A stretch of DNA of 35,574 bases from a virus, in the IMG/VR virus record IMGVR_UViG_3300045912_000157, positions 1 through 35,574 of that record; one strand, 5' to 3'. The position numbers were made by a program, and so were the translations under genes. The notes under the pieces are model-generated. The model saw only the letters and a list, made by a program, of their open reading frames with translations, did no database searches and was not told the DNA's origin. Shown here piece after piece: positions 1-7,973 of the stretch (position 1 is the first letter of the stretch; every line of letters starts with the position of its first letter).

Positions 1-127
1 CCAGCTCTTCCGTTGGACACTGTTCCAGTGTCAGATTGAAGAACTCCGATAGCGTTTTCAGTCAGATCTTGCCCATAAGTTCCTGTCTGATGAGAGGCTC
101 CCGTTCCAGAAACAAAAGACGTAAAAA
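1..127. repeat. Terminal direct repeat, copy 1 (identical to 35448-35574); signature of a circularly closed contig
   Basis: Read directly: 1-127 (ccagctcttccgttggacac...aaaagacgtaaaaa) recurs base-for-base at 35448-35574. A minus-strand ORF is continuous across the join. Confidence 0.95.
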
Positions 128-494
128 AACTTGTTGCAGATCCGCCTACAAAGTCATCAAAAATCTGAGAAAATCGGTCTGGGTCAGTTCTTTGAATGTC
201 TTTGACTCGGACTTTGAAAAAATCTCCGGAAGAAACATTTCTCAAATATAATTCATCTGCGATTCTTAATTGCGACAATGGGATTTGTGTTGCGCCCGTG
301 ATCTCGGCCTGAATTGCCGCAACGGCGTCAGCGTCAGTATAACTCAAGCCGCTCTCGAGGTCTTTTACAACTCCGGCAGAATCTTGTCTCGTCAGACGAT
401 TGCCGTTCGATGAATCTAACCCCAAATAATGGTCACCAGCTTGTGGGTTTGGCGTTATTGGAAAAGGTCTATTGCCGACGTAAATTACTGCCAT
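1..494 (-). CDS. 5' part of a wrap-around gene (ATG at 494). The full gene is 494..1 joined to 35447..34961, 981 nt (326 codons plus stop). Fibre-cluster protein with a C-terminal jelly-roll (ConA/LamG-like) domain.
   Basis: Hand translation of the minus strand from 494 gives MAVIYVGNRPFPITPNPQAGDHYLGLDSSNGNRL...TENAIGVLQSDTGTVSNGRAG with no stop down to base 1. The last residues are the same as the start of track ORF 34961..35467 (its M is an internal GTG). Confidence 0.8.
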   Translation of the reverse strand, partial: MAVIYVGNRPFPITPNPQAGDHYLGLDSSNGNRLTRQDSAGVVKDLESGLSYTDADAVAAIQAEITGATQIPLSQLRIADELYLRNVSSGDFFKVRVKDIQRTDPDRFSQIFDDFVGGSATSFFTSFVSGTGASHQTGTYGQDLTENAIGVLQSDTGTVSNGRA

Positions 495-495
495 T

Positions 496-1014
496 TTATG
501 CTCCTACTGCAAACTGGCCGGACACTTTCAAGCCGCCTGCGATTGATACAAATTCTCTAAAATAATGCTCAAAATCCTGTGCAATGTTAAATGTTTTTCC
601 CGCAGAAATTCGAAACGGAATCACAGTTGAAGTTTCTTCCTCAACGCTTCCAAGAATAGTCATTTGACCATCGACTTGCAACTCGCTTTCAATGCGAACA
701 AAGGCCGACAAGATCATTTCTTGTCCAGACGGAATCTGTTTCTGCGTCAGAACCTCAAAATGTGAATAGTTGTCTCCTGGAATTGTTGGCAAAGTCTGCG
801 GCTGTGGAGATTCAAAAACAAAAGCCTCACCATCGACGCGAAATTCTCCGTCAACTCTGACAGAATTATTTACAAGCATCTGCTGATCAGAGTGAACAGT
901 GACCTGCTCTCCCGAATCTATTTGACGATAAGAAAAGTTGTTCGTTGCAAGCCTGTCGTTTGAACCCGCCTCGGATATTCGATCGCTTCCTAAGATTAAA
1001 GGCTTTAATTGCAC
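496..1014 (-). CDS. Hypothetical structural protein of the fibre cluster (beta-rich, repeated V-D/S-G motifs)
   Basis: 172-aa ORF. The GTG start at 1014 overlaps the upstream TAG by 1 nt (TAGTG), suggesting coupling. Repeats such as VRVDGEFRVDGEAFV, LQVDGQMTILG and LKVSGQFAVG. No family recognised. Confidence 0.55.
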   Translation of the reverse strand: MQLKPLILGSDRISEAGSNDRLATNNFSYRQIDSGEQVTVHSDQQMLVNNSVRVDGEFRVDGEAFVFESPQPQTLPTIPGDNYSHFEVLTQKQIPSGQEMILSAFVRIESELQVDGQMTILGSVEEETSTVIPFRISAGKTFNIAQDFEHYFREFVSIAGGLKVSGQFAVGA

Positions 1015-1514
1015 TAAATCCTCACAATCGCGTCGTCAATGTCGGTGTTGATAGCCGTTGCGCTGACAGCAATCCCTAAAAATTGCCACAATCCAGGACC
1101 AGTCGGTCCAGGCGTTACGGGATTGCCGTTAGTGCCTAGAAAATATCTTGCGCTTGGAGTCAACCCGCTCAAGGCGTCGTTTGCGCCCTCGAAAAATACT
1201 TCGGCCAAGTCTCCCGAATTCACTGCGGCTTTCACGAACCCGTGAGCTTGACGACCGTTGCTTCTATCAGCCAGTCTCACAGATTGAGTTCCGCCGTTGT
1301 CCCAGATGTTCACATAGTCTCCGGCTGACAAATTCTCAGTTGCTGGAGCCACAAGAAGGTCCGGACCTACGCCCGTGGGAAGAAAAGACGGGTGCAGCTT
1401 TCCATTTGGTCCCGTCGATATGATTGTGTTGGCCGTAGGCAATCCCAAGCTGATTGTGGCCGCCTGTGACTCCTCAATGTTTTCCGGTCCTATTGATAAA
1501 AACTTATTGCTCAT
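1014..1514 (-). CDS. Fibre-like protein with a C-terminal knob related to that of the neighbouring collagen-like protein
   Basis: 166 aa. The N-terminus has the fibre-typical GKLHPSFLP. The C-terminal pattern (GDYVNIW..., GFVKAAV.SGDLAEVFFEG, GLTPSARYFLG..G, LGIAVSATAINTDI) parallels GKAVFAIS..IGVARTAADAGQPIRIITDGVFE..IWVAADGTLT..EVGYYLG in the 1517-2122 product. Confidence 0.6.
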   Translation of the reverse strand: MSNKFLSIGPENIEESQAATISLGLPTANTIISTGPNGKLHPSFLPTGVGPDLLVAPATENLSAGDYVNIWDNGGTQSVRLADRSNGRQAHGFVKAAVNSGDLAEVFFEGANDALSGLTPSARYFLGTNGNPVTPGPTGPGLWQFLGIAVSATAINTDIDDAIVRI

Positions 1515-1516
1515 GC

Positions 1517-2122
1517 TTAAACTCCCAGCAACTTGATAGGTCTTTGTATTTCAATTTCGATTTTATTCTGTCCAAGATAATAACCAACTTCAAGCAAAAC
1601 CCCAGAAGTTGGTCTAGTTTGCGTCAGGGTTCCGTCGGCAGCGACCCAAATTGATTTGTTCAATTGAAACGACGCAAACATTGTGTCCTCAAAAACGCCG
1701 TCTGTGATGATTCGAATTGGTTGTCCGGCATCCGCAGCAGTGCGCGCGACTCCTATGCAGAATTGTTTGCCCAAAACAAATGCGTCTGATTTGTCGACGT
1801 GTGTCGGGGATATGGCAAACACGGCCTTCCCTGCAGAAATCTCTACGTCAGCAATTCGCTCAATTTCAATCCGAGAACCGCCCGCTCCTGGTTCTCCAGG
1901 CATCCCGCGAGGTCCGCGAGGTCCAGGTTTCCCGTCTTTGCCGTCTTTTCCCTTTGGTCCCTCAAGATCAACCCAAGGTCCCCAACTGCCGTCAGGGTTT
2001 CTAAAACGCAATTCCGTACCGCGCCATTCGTGTTCTGGTGCTGGGCCAGATGGGCCCGCGGGGCCTTGTGGGCCTTGTGGTCCGACTGGACCTTGTTTGT
2101 TGCGCGGTCCTGCAATCTGCAC
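1517..2122 (-). CDS. Collagen-like (G-X-Y repeat) fibre protein
   Basis: GTG start preceded by GAGGTAACAA. Two G-X-Y runs (GPVGPQGPQGPAGPSGPA and GPKGKDGKDGKPGPRGPRGMPGEPGAG) flank WRGTELRFRNPDGSWGPWVDLEGPKG, a motif typical of phage collagen-like fibres. A globular C-terminal domain follows. Confidence 0.85.
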   Translation of the reverse strand: MQIAGPRNKQGPVGPQGPQGPAGPSGPAPEHEWRGTELRFRNPDGSWGPWVDLEGPKGKDGKDGKPGPRGPRGMPGEPGAGGSRIEIERIADVEISAGKAVFAISPTHVDKSDAFVLGKQFCIGVARTAADAGQPIRIITDGVFEDTMFASFQLNKSIWVAADGTLTQTRPTSGVLLEVGYYLGQNKIEIEIQRPIKLLGV

Positions 2123-2125
2123 TTG

Positions 2126-4336
2126 TTACCTCGATGCTGTGAACGCCAAAGTACATCGGCAATTTATGACTTGATCCGCGCCGCCAGCTGGATCTCCAGG
2201 GCCGTCCATGTCTGTGTCCGGCGGTACTGTGAATTTTTCGTCAAGATCAATTCTTACACCGTTCATTTCTAAGTGATTTGCTTCGTTGCCAGAATTGCCG
2301 CCGTCTCTTGTTCTGTCGTCTTGCACGCTGATCCATTCTTTCTTCAATCCAGGAATCTCTAATGCTTTTGCGGCTTCAATGGTTGCGTTGTTTGAAGCCA
2401 TAGAGGTTTCTGTGCGCGCAATCATAGCGGCACGAGCGGGGGTGAGCTCTTCGAAACGCGCTCTCAATTCTTTTGCAAAATTGACGGGTTCGTCTGATCC
2501 GTCGGACGATGCGTCGCGAATGTTTTCAGAAGTCAGTTTTTTGACGACTTCGCGGACTTTCTTGCGGGTCGTGCCTTCGATGGCTGTGATTGCTTCTCCA
2601 GTTCGGCGTTTAATATAGCTATCAGCCCACTGTTCCCAGGTGCGTTCATTAGCCTTAGTTTCAACAACCAATCCGACAGATTTAGCTTCTCTAAAGACTC
2701 GCGATCCAAAGTCCTGAACGGTGAATTTAATGTGTCGGGCAATTGTTTTCGATATATCCGCCATTCCCGCGTCAATGGCTTTCTGTAAAGCATACTCAAG
2801 TAGCTTGGGGTCTTCTTTTCCTTCGGCTGCTTTTTCGAGGTCGCGCGCGAGTTCTTCAAAATCCTGCTCCAGACTGCGAGCAAAAGGTTTCTCCAGTCTT
2901 TGTCTTAGAGCGTTTGCTCTCTTCCACGCTGTTCGTTTTTCTTTGTCATTGAGGAGGTTGAAGTTTTTAAACTCCTTCACCTCCCCGTCATCTCCAATTA
3001 TTTCTTCGTCGCTGGTTTTTTCTTCGTTGCTTTTTTTGACGTTTTTTTCTTCGCCATTGTCGTCTCCTTCCTCCGCCTCGCTGTTTGTTTGTTGAGGCGT
3101 GGAATCATTCAACGACATTTCTTCTGGTCTGGCAATTAAAGAATTGCCAATTAAATAAACATCCCAACCTTCTTGTTCTTCAAATCCAGCCATCACGCGC
3201 TTTTCATTTTGAGTGACAAAATTCAAGTTGTTGATTGAAGCATACTTGGCTTGTCGTTTTTCGGTGAGAGCTTCGATGTCGTCGCGGTCGTATTTTAATG
3301 TGTATTGTTGGCCGAACCATTGACGGATATATTTCGTAAATTCATATTCGAACAAATCCATCAGCGGCATTATTGTGTCAATGTAAAAGGCATCCTTGGC
3401 TTCTTTATAATTTGCATAGGTCGATTGCCCAAAGCCCAACAGCTGCGCCGGAACTCCAAATGCGTTGCAAATGTCCGAAGCTGTGACTTTTTTGCCTTCG
3501 AGCCATTCCATGTCCTTGGGACTCAAGCCGATTTGCTCCCACGACATTCCGCCCTCAAGAAGCATAGGCCGCGCGACGTTTTTTGGACCGCTATATCTTT
3601 CTTCCAGACTTCTTTGCAAAATCGCGCGCTGTTCTGAAGTCAACATACCGCCAGGGTTTGCGTCCGTTGATTCAACTTTCAACACGCCCGACGGCTGCGC
3701 CATGTTCTGAAGCAAAGCCAAATTCCATCGGTTGGCGGCGTTAGCCTGATCGACATTCAAAATGACGGACTGAATCGGACTCATTCCGTACCAAATATCA
3801 AGTGGGTTGAACATCTTTACGTGATGAATTTTCGAACGTCCCGTGACAGGATCAACGTCCCATTTTTTTTCTACTTGCGCGGTTTTGAAAACATATTGTC
3901 CGACTCCGCCAAAAGCGTTTGGCACAATTTTGAACAAATCAGGTCGCAACGACCAAAGCTCCCGAGGCGGCGATGTTGGAGTTGGCCCTGCGCCTTCAAT
4001 GTATGTATTCCCCGAAATCATGTAATACCCAACGACGCTTTCGAAAAAAGACGCCCAACCCTGCATTGGGTTTGGTTGTGAAAGAAGTTGATTCACTGGA
4101 CCTGAAGTCACTTCGCGATCGTTTTGATAAACTTCCCACTTTATTCCGGCTGCGGCTGTAGCAATCATTCGTACGCATCGATAAACCGTGACGTTTTTTT
4201 GATAGCCTTCTTTTGAGTAGCCCAAATAATTTTCTGGCGTTGTGACGGGTTGCCCGAGGCGTTCCATAGACATTGCGATGCGACCTTGGCTCGCTTTTGA
4301 GCCGAAAATATATTTGATTCTATCGATAAAGTTCAT
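2126..4336 (-). CDS. Portal protein (HK97-type) fused to a C-terminal MuF / SPP1 gp7-like head-morphogenesis domain
   Basis: 736 aa. The N-terminal ~400 aa is portal-like (YRCVRMIA..., GMSPIQSVILNVDQANAANRWNLALLQNMAQPSGVLKV). An acidic linker follows (SEAEEGDDNGEEKNVKKSNEEKTSDEE). The C-terminus has MuF hallmarks (ARTETSMASNNATIEA..., W.SVQDDRTR, INCRCTL). The gene sits directly downstream of TerL. Confidence 0.88.
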   Translation of the reverse strand: MNFIDRIKYIFGSKASQGRIAMSMERLGQPVTTPENYLGYSKEGYQKNVTVYRCVRMIATAAAGIKWEVYQNDREVTSGPVNQLLSQPNPMQGWASFFESVVGYYMISGNTYIEGAGPTPTSPPRELWSLRPDLFKIVPNAFGGVGQYVFKTAQVEKKWDVDPVTGRSKIHHVKMFNPLDIWYGMSPIQSVILNVDQANAANRWNLALLQNMAQPSGVLKVESTDANPGGMLTSEQRAILQRSLEERYSGPKNVARPMLLEGGMSWEQIGLSPKDMEWLEGKKVTASDICNAFGVPAQLLGFGQSTYANYKEAKDAFYIDTIMPLMDLFEYEFTKYIRQWFGQQYTLKYDRDDIEALTEKRQAKYASINNLNFVTQNEKRVMAGFEEQEGWDVYLIGNSLIARPEEMSLNDSTPQQTNSEAEEGDDNGEEKNVKKSNEEKTSDEEIIGDDGEVKEFKNFNLLNDKEKRTAWKRANALRQRLEKPFARSLEQDFEELARDLEKAAEGKEDPKLLEYALQKAIDAGMADISKTIARHIKFTVQDFGSRVFREAKSVGLVVETKANERTWEQWADSYIKRRTGEAITAIEGTTRKKVREVVKKLTSENIRDASSDGSDEPVNFAKELRARFEELTPARAAMIARTETSMASNNATIEAAKALEIPGLKKEWISVQDDRTRDGGNSGNEANHLEMNGVRIDLDEKFTVPPDTDMDGPGDPAGGADQVINCRCTLAFTASR

Positions 4337-5685
4337 AGAAAGGTTATCCTCGGTTGGTATTGATTGAAGTTTTTAAAATAGTCGGCCATCTGTGAAGTCG
4401 TGTCAACTTGGTCGTCGTGTTCTGATGCCGGAAATTGCTCATGCTCTGTTATGAAATCACTCAACCAAGACGCTTGTCGAGGCAAAAAACACTTTCCAGC
4501 CCTCAACATTGGCGTGGCCTCGATTGCCCGCAAAACTTTATCTTTTGTTCCTGGCTCGTAGGCTTTGATTGGAATTGTTGTGTTTCGTCTGGCGTATTGA
4601 ATCATTGAACTGCCGGACGATTTGTCTTCAATCTGGACTTCGTTAGGTTTCCACTTGTTATATTGTTGTATTATTGCTTGCTCCAAATCGGGTGCCTCAA
4701 GTTTTCTCCGAAAAAGGTCCAGCAAATAGTAGCCGTTGTGAGTTTTGCCCCAAGTTGCGCAAACGGAATAGTCGTTAGATAAGCCTGGTTTTTGAGCCGT
4801 GTCCCAGAATTGAACCTTCCATTGACAAACGGGGGCAACGTCGTAGAACCCCCACCATTCGCGTTTGATAATTTCGCCGCCGGCCTTCGTTGGTCTTTGT
4901 TGATATAATGCTTGCCAATGTTGATCGGCCATTCCGTTTTTAATCGCCATCAGCGCGTTTTCGTCGTAACGGTCTCTGCATAACGCCTGCCCGTATATTC
5001 TTCCCAAAGGGTCATTTTCTTCGGCGAGCGCGGGCAAACTGATGAGTTCCCAGTCGTCTGAGTGATCGTTGATCAAATATCCAGCAAGATCGTCATGATG
5101 CCAGCGCGTTTGAATCAAAATGATTGTCGCGTTTGGTTCCTGACGCGTGTAGAACGTGGTGTCAAACCAATCGCGCACCGTTTGTCTGTAATTAGCTGAA
5201 TTCGCGTCCACCCAGTTTTTGTAAGGGTCGTCGATCATCAGCAAGTGACCGCCTCGCCCCGTGATTGGACCTCCAATACCCGCCGTTATCATTTCACCGC
5301 CGTCTTTCAAACGAAATCTGTTTGCTGCTGACGAGTCTGCGCTCAACGCGCTCAAAGCGTGTTCGTTGTATTCAAAATGATTGCGCACCCAACGGCCAAA
5401 ACCCGTCGCAAGGTCGTCTCCGTACGAAGTCAAAATCACGTTTCGATCATCGAATGTGTCCAAATACCAGGCCGGAATCCATTTTGAAAGAAATTCAGAT
5501 TTTCCGTGGCGTGGCGGAATCGTTATTATAAATCGCCCGCCGCCGTTCAAAAGGGAGTCGTAGATTTTGTCCTCAATGTATTCTATGTGACGGAATATCT
5601 TGAATTTTTCGCCCGAGCAGTAGTGCGCGTAAGTGGACGGATATATGCGCCAGAATTCATTCGTCGTCTGATTCTTTTTCGTCAT
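4333..5685 (-). CDS. terL: Terminase large subunit
   Basis: 450 aa. Walker A-like PPRHGKSEF, Walker B-like GGHLLMIDDPY, then IQTRWHHDDL and a C-terminal nuclease-type region (FWDTA..., SEHDDQVD). ATGA overlap with the portal gene. Confidence 0.92.
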   Translation of the reverse strand: MTKKNQTTNEFWRIYPSTYAHYCSGEKFKIFRHIEYIEDKIYDSLLNGGGRFIITIPPRHGKSEFLSKWIPAWYLDTFDDRNVILTSYGDDLATGFGRWVRNHFEYNEHALSALSADSSAANRFRLKDGGEMITAGIGGPITGRGGHLLMIDDPYKNWVDANSANYRQTVRDWFDTTFYTRQEPNATIILIQTRWHHDDLAGYLINDHSDDWELISLPALAEENDPLGRIYGQALCRDRYDENALMAIKNGMADQHWQALYQQRPTKAGGEIIKREWWGFYDVAPVCQWKVQFWDTAQKPGLSNDYSVCATWGKTHNGYYLLDLFRRKLEAPDLEQAIIQQYNKWKPNEVQIEDKSSGSSMIQYARRNTTIPIKAYEPGTKDKVLRAIEATPMLRAGKCFLPRQASWLSDFITEHEQFPASEHDDQVDTTSQMADYFKNFNQYQPRITFL

Positions 5686-6184
5686 TATTCGAGCTCAACT
5701 TGCGCGCGAGTTTTTTCGCAGCTTCGGCCAATTCGGGATCGGCCATCAATTCCCGCAATTTCTTCCCAAGACGTTCGGGGTTCGCCGAGGCCTCGTCAAT
5801 GACGATCTTGTCCCGATATAACTTCGGATATCGGTTTTTCATTTTAAAGATCGTGTAAGATTGTCCGAAAGACGCGGGTTCGTAGTGTTTTATTTCGCGC
5901 GTTTCTCCGGTTTTTGGATCAGTTATGCGTTCAACCTTCGCTATTCGAGTGAGCTGTCCCGAGCTTCCCGTGAGAGCCAATTGCTCGTCAAATTTGAGCA
6001 ATTTTGAATATCCGATTCTTTTGGCTTCCAGAAATTCAGGATATTCGCGTGTCCAAGCAGAAAGAGTTTCAAAACAAACGTCGCACTCGGCGGCAAATGA
6101 CCAGAAGGAATTGCCCTTGCTCATCCAATCGACAAGTTGCTGACAATACTCGGGTTTATACTTTGTGGGTCGTCCTGCGGGCAT
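5657..6184 (-). CDS. terS: Terminase small subunit
   Basis: 175 aa starting MPAGRPTKYKPEYCQQLVDWMSKGNSFWSFAAECDVCFETLSAWTREYPEFLEAKR, the typical small-terminase HTH N-terminus. SD GAGGTGA lies 8 nt upstream. Immediately precedes TerL. Confidence 0.8.
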   Translation of the reverse strand: MPAGRPTKYKPEYCQQLVDWMSKGNSFWSFAAECDVCFETLSAWTREYPEFLEAKRIGYSKLLKFDEQLALTGSSGQLTRIAKVERITDPKTGETREIKHYEPASFGQSYTIFKMKNRYPKLYRDKIVIDEASANPERLGKKLRELMADPELAEAAKKLARKLSSNNDEKESDDE

Positions 6185-6315
6185 ATAGCATTCACCTCTT
6201 ATTCAATGCACCACACAAGTGGGACGGCGAGCAAGTTAAAACGTGAAGCGCGGGCCAGTTTCTTGAATTGTGGGATTTTTCGCAAGTTCGGGGTGAGTCG
6301 TTTTGTTGACGTTTT

Positions 6316-6350
6316 AAAAATAAAAACCCCGCTGAATTTCTTCAACGGGG
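6316..6350 (-). terminator. Intrinsic terminator ending the early operon
   Basis: The minus strand reads CCCCGUUGAA-GAAA-UUCAGCGGGG (10-bp stem including one G-U pair, GNRA loop) followed by UUUUUAUUUUU. It lies ~60 nt downstream of the RecT-like stop. Confidence 0.75.
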
Positions 6351-6410
6351 CTGCGCTTATGAAACCGAGCGTGGAACCTTGGGGAACGTGTGACTGTGAT
6401 TCAGCGCACT

Positions 6411-7124
6411 TTAATTATCGGCGGGCTCGCGCAAAAGTTGATTGATTTTATCGGCTCCGGACACAATTTCTACGCCTTGGCGCGTCACGTCACGGGCTTC
6501 ATCAGACGTTGGTGTGTAATTGAAGTCATACTCCGCGATCGGAGCTCCCCCAATAGCGTCTGGAAACGCGATTTTAAGAGCCTGGCTGCGCGCCCTTCGC
6601 ATCAGCATGATCTTTGGGTACGTTTGCCAGGGGGACTTCTTGTCGAGCAATCCTGCGCGTTTGGCTTCGTCTAACGTGAACGTCGCCTCAACCATTGGCA
6701 ACGCATTGCGTTTAAGCCTGCAGACCCCAGCCCAAGGTTCTGCCGTAAGATTTTTATTTTCCAAACAAATTTTGTTGTAATCTTTGTCGATCACGAATTC
6801 CTCTATGTGCTCCAATTGACGAGTTTGATATGCCAATTTCAGCGGCAACTCCCCCCAGATGCTCGGTTGCCCGTTTACGACGGCAATGTTCCTCAAGCCT
6901 GACAGCGGTTCCAATCCCAACTCGCGCGCAAACTGCATTCCGACCAGGACTTTTTCGGCGCTGTCGAACGCTTTGGGCACCAACCCGCTTTTATGAAAAA
7001 TTTGTGCAATTCTATATTGACCCTCAATGTTGTTTGCTGCAAACTTTCCCTCGTCGTTTACCTCGACCGGAGATGCGGCTTTTCTCGCTGTGGGCTGCGT
7101 CTCTGTATTTTCAACTTCACTCAT
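6411..7124 (-). CDS. recT: RecT-family single-strand annealing protein
   Basis: 237 aa. RecT-like blocks: FARELGLEPLSGLRNIAVVNGQPSIWG, TLDEAKRAGLL.KKSPWQTYPKIMLMRRARSQALKIAFPDAIGG. Confidence 0.8.
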   Translation of the reverse strand: MSEVENTETQPTARKAASPVEVNDEGKFAANNIEGQYRIAQIFHKSGLVPKAFDSAEKVLVGMQFARELGLEPLSGLRNIAVVNGQPSIWGELPLKLAYQTRQLEHIEEFVIDKDYNKICLENKNLTAEPWAGVCRLKRNALPMVEATFTLDEAKRAGLLDKKSPWQTYPKIMLMRRARSQALKIAFPDAIGGAPIAEYDFNYTPTSDEARDVTRQGVEIVSGADKINQLLREPADN

Positions 7125-7336
7125 ATTCTCTCCTTTTTTGTTTCTATTTGTGGTTGTTTGTCTTCAGAAATCTTAATCATTTGATCCGCCATTGCGTAGG
7201 CATCGACAATAACGCTCAGATCAGGCTTTCTTCCTTGTGCCAAAAGCCCTTGAGCCAATCGCGACGCAATCTCGTCACGTCTCGACAGAGTTTTGCCGAC
7301 TTTCGCTAAGTCCGCATTCTCGATCATCATTTTCAT
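7121..7336 (-). CDS. Hypothetical small early protein
   Basis: 71 aa. Strong SD (GAGGAGG, 7 nt, ATG). ATGA-type junction with the RecT gene. Confidence 0.55.
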   Translation of the reverse strand: MKMMIENADLAKVGKTLSRRDEIASRLAQGLLAQGRKPDLSVIVDAYAMADQMIKISEDKQPQIETKKERI

Positions 7337-7667
7337 TCAAGTCCTCCTCGACTTTGCATTTGATGCAGCATCTTTTCTTCACGTCAGCAAAATTTCGCCA
7401 CAAATGATTGCAAGTAAACTCTCCCTTGTCGAACATAATATACATTTGCAGTTCGTGAATAAGTTGCTCCTGATATTTGCGAGGGAAAACTTTCGCTAAT
7501 TCGTGAACTTTCTGCATTGGCATACGCCGCAGAACCTCAAAATACATCGATCGCCGCGCGATTGATTCTTTAAATTCTGCGTAAGTAATCCAAGGATCAA
7601 GAAGGTCTTTGGTCTCTGAGAAAACTGAGCGTCCGACTGTTCTCAAGTGTGAAAGATTCGCGTCCAT
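7275..7667 (-). CDS. Hypothetical early protein with a C-terminal Cys/His cluster
   Basis: 130 aa. SD GGAG lies 7 nt before the ATG at 7667. Contains FTCNHLW...KKRCCIKCK. Overlaps both neighbours (71 and 62 nt). Confidence 0.5.
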   Translation of the reverse strand: MDANLSHLRTVGRSVFSETKDLLDPWITYAEFKESIARRSMYFEVLRRMPMQKVHELAKVFPRKYQEQLIHELQMYIMFDKGEFTCNHLWRNFADVKKRCCIKCKVEEDLNENDDRECGLSESRQNSVET

Positions 7668-7890
7668 TTACTTTCTCCATTACGTCGCGCATGAATTTCA
7701 CCTGCGCATTTAATTCGTCAATTCTATTTCTTAGATGCATGATCTCAAGGTTTTTTTCTTCCAGCTTCTTCCCATAACGTTGCGTTATTTCTTCGTGCTG
7801 CAAGCTCTCTTCAATGCGTTTTGCAATGTTATTGTGTCCCATGTCGTAAAGAAATTTCACGACTAGATTTGTTTTTTCTCCTGCTTTCAT
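7597..7890 (-). CDS. Hypothetical coiled-coil early protein
   Basis: 97 aa with heptad-like KKLEEKNLEIMHLRNRIDELNAQVKFMRDVMEK. Confidence 0.5.
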   Translation of the reverse strand: MKAGEKTNLVVKFLYDMGHNNIAKRIEESLQHEEITQRYGKKLEEKNLEIMHLRNRIDELNAQVKFMRDVMEKVNGRESFTLENSRTLSFLRDQRPS

Positions 7891-7973
7891 TTTGCCCCTC
7901 TATTTGTAAAAATCTTTTTAATTATTTGTTGTTTGGTATTGGACCGATCTGTTTGTCGTATTGTTCCTTAAAT

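Noticed and set aside
1-127. The 127-bp repeat as a biological direct terminal repeat or a transposon end
   Set aside because: A coding frame reads straight through the join and the repeat is exact, which is most simply an assembly overlap of a circular or permuted genome. Only read-level termini analysis can settle this.
1683-2272. Several plus-strand ORFs (1683..2174, 1717..2004, 1799..2272) rich in Pro/Gly/Arg
   Set aside because: They are the antisense or alternate frames of the collagen-like G-X-Y gene and the portal 3' end. Repetitive GGN/CCN codons keep several frames open.
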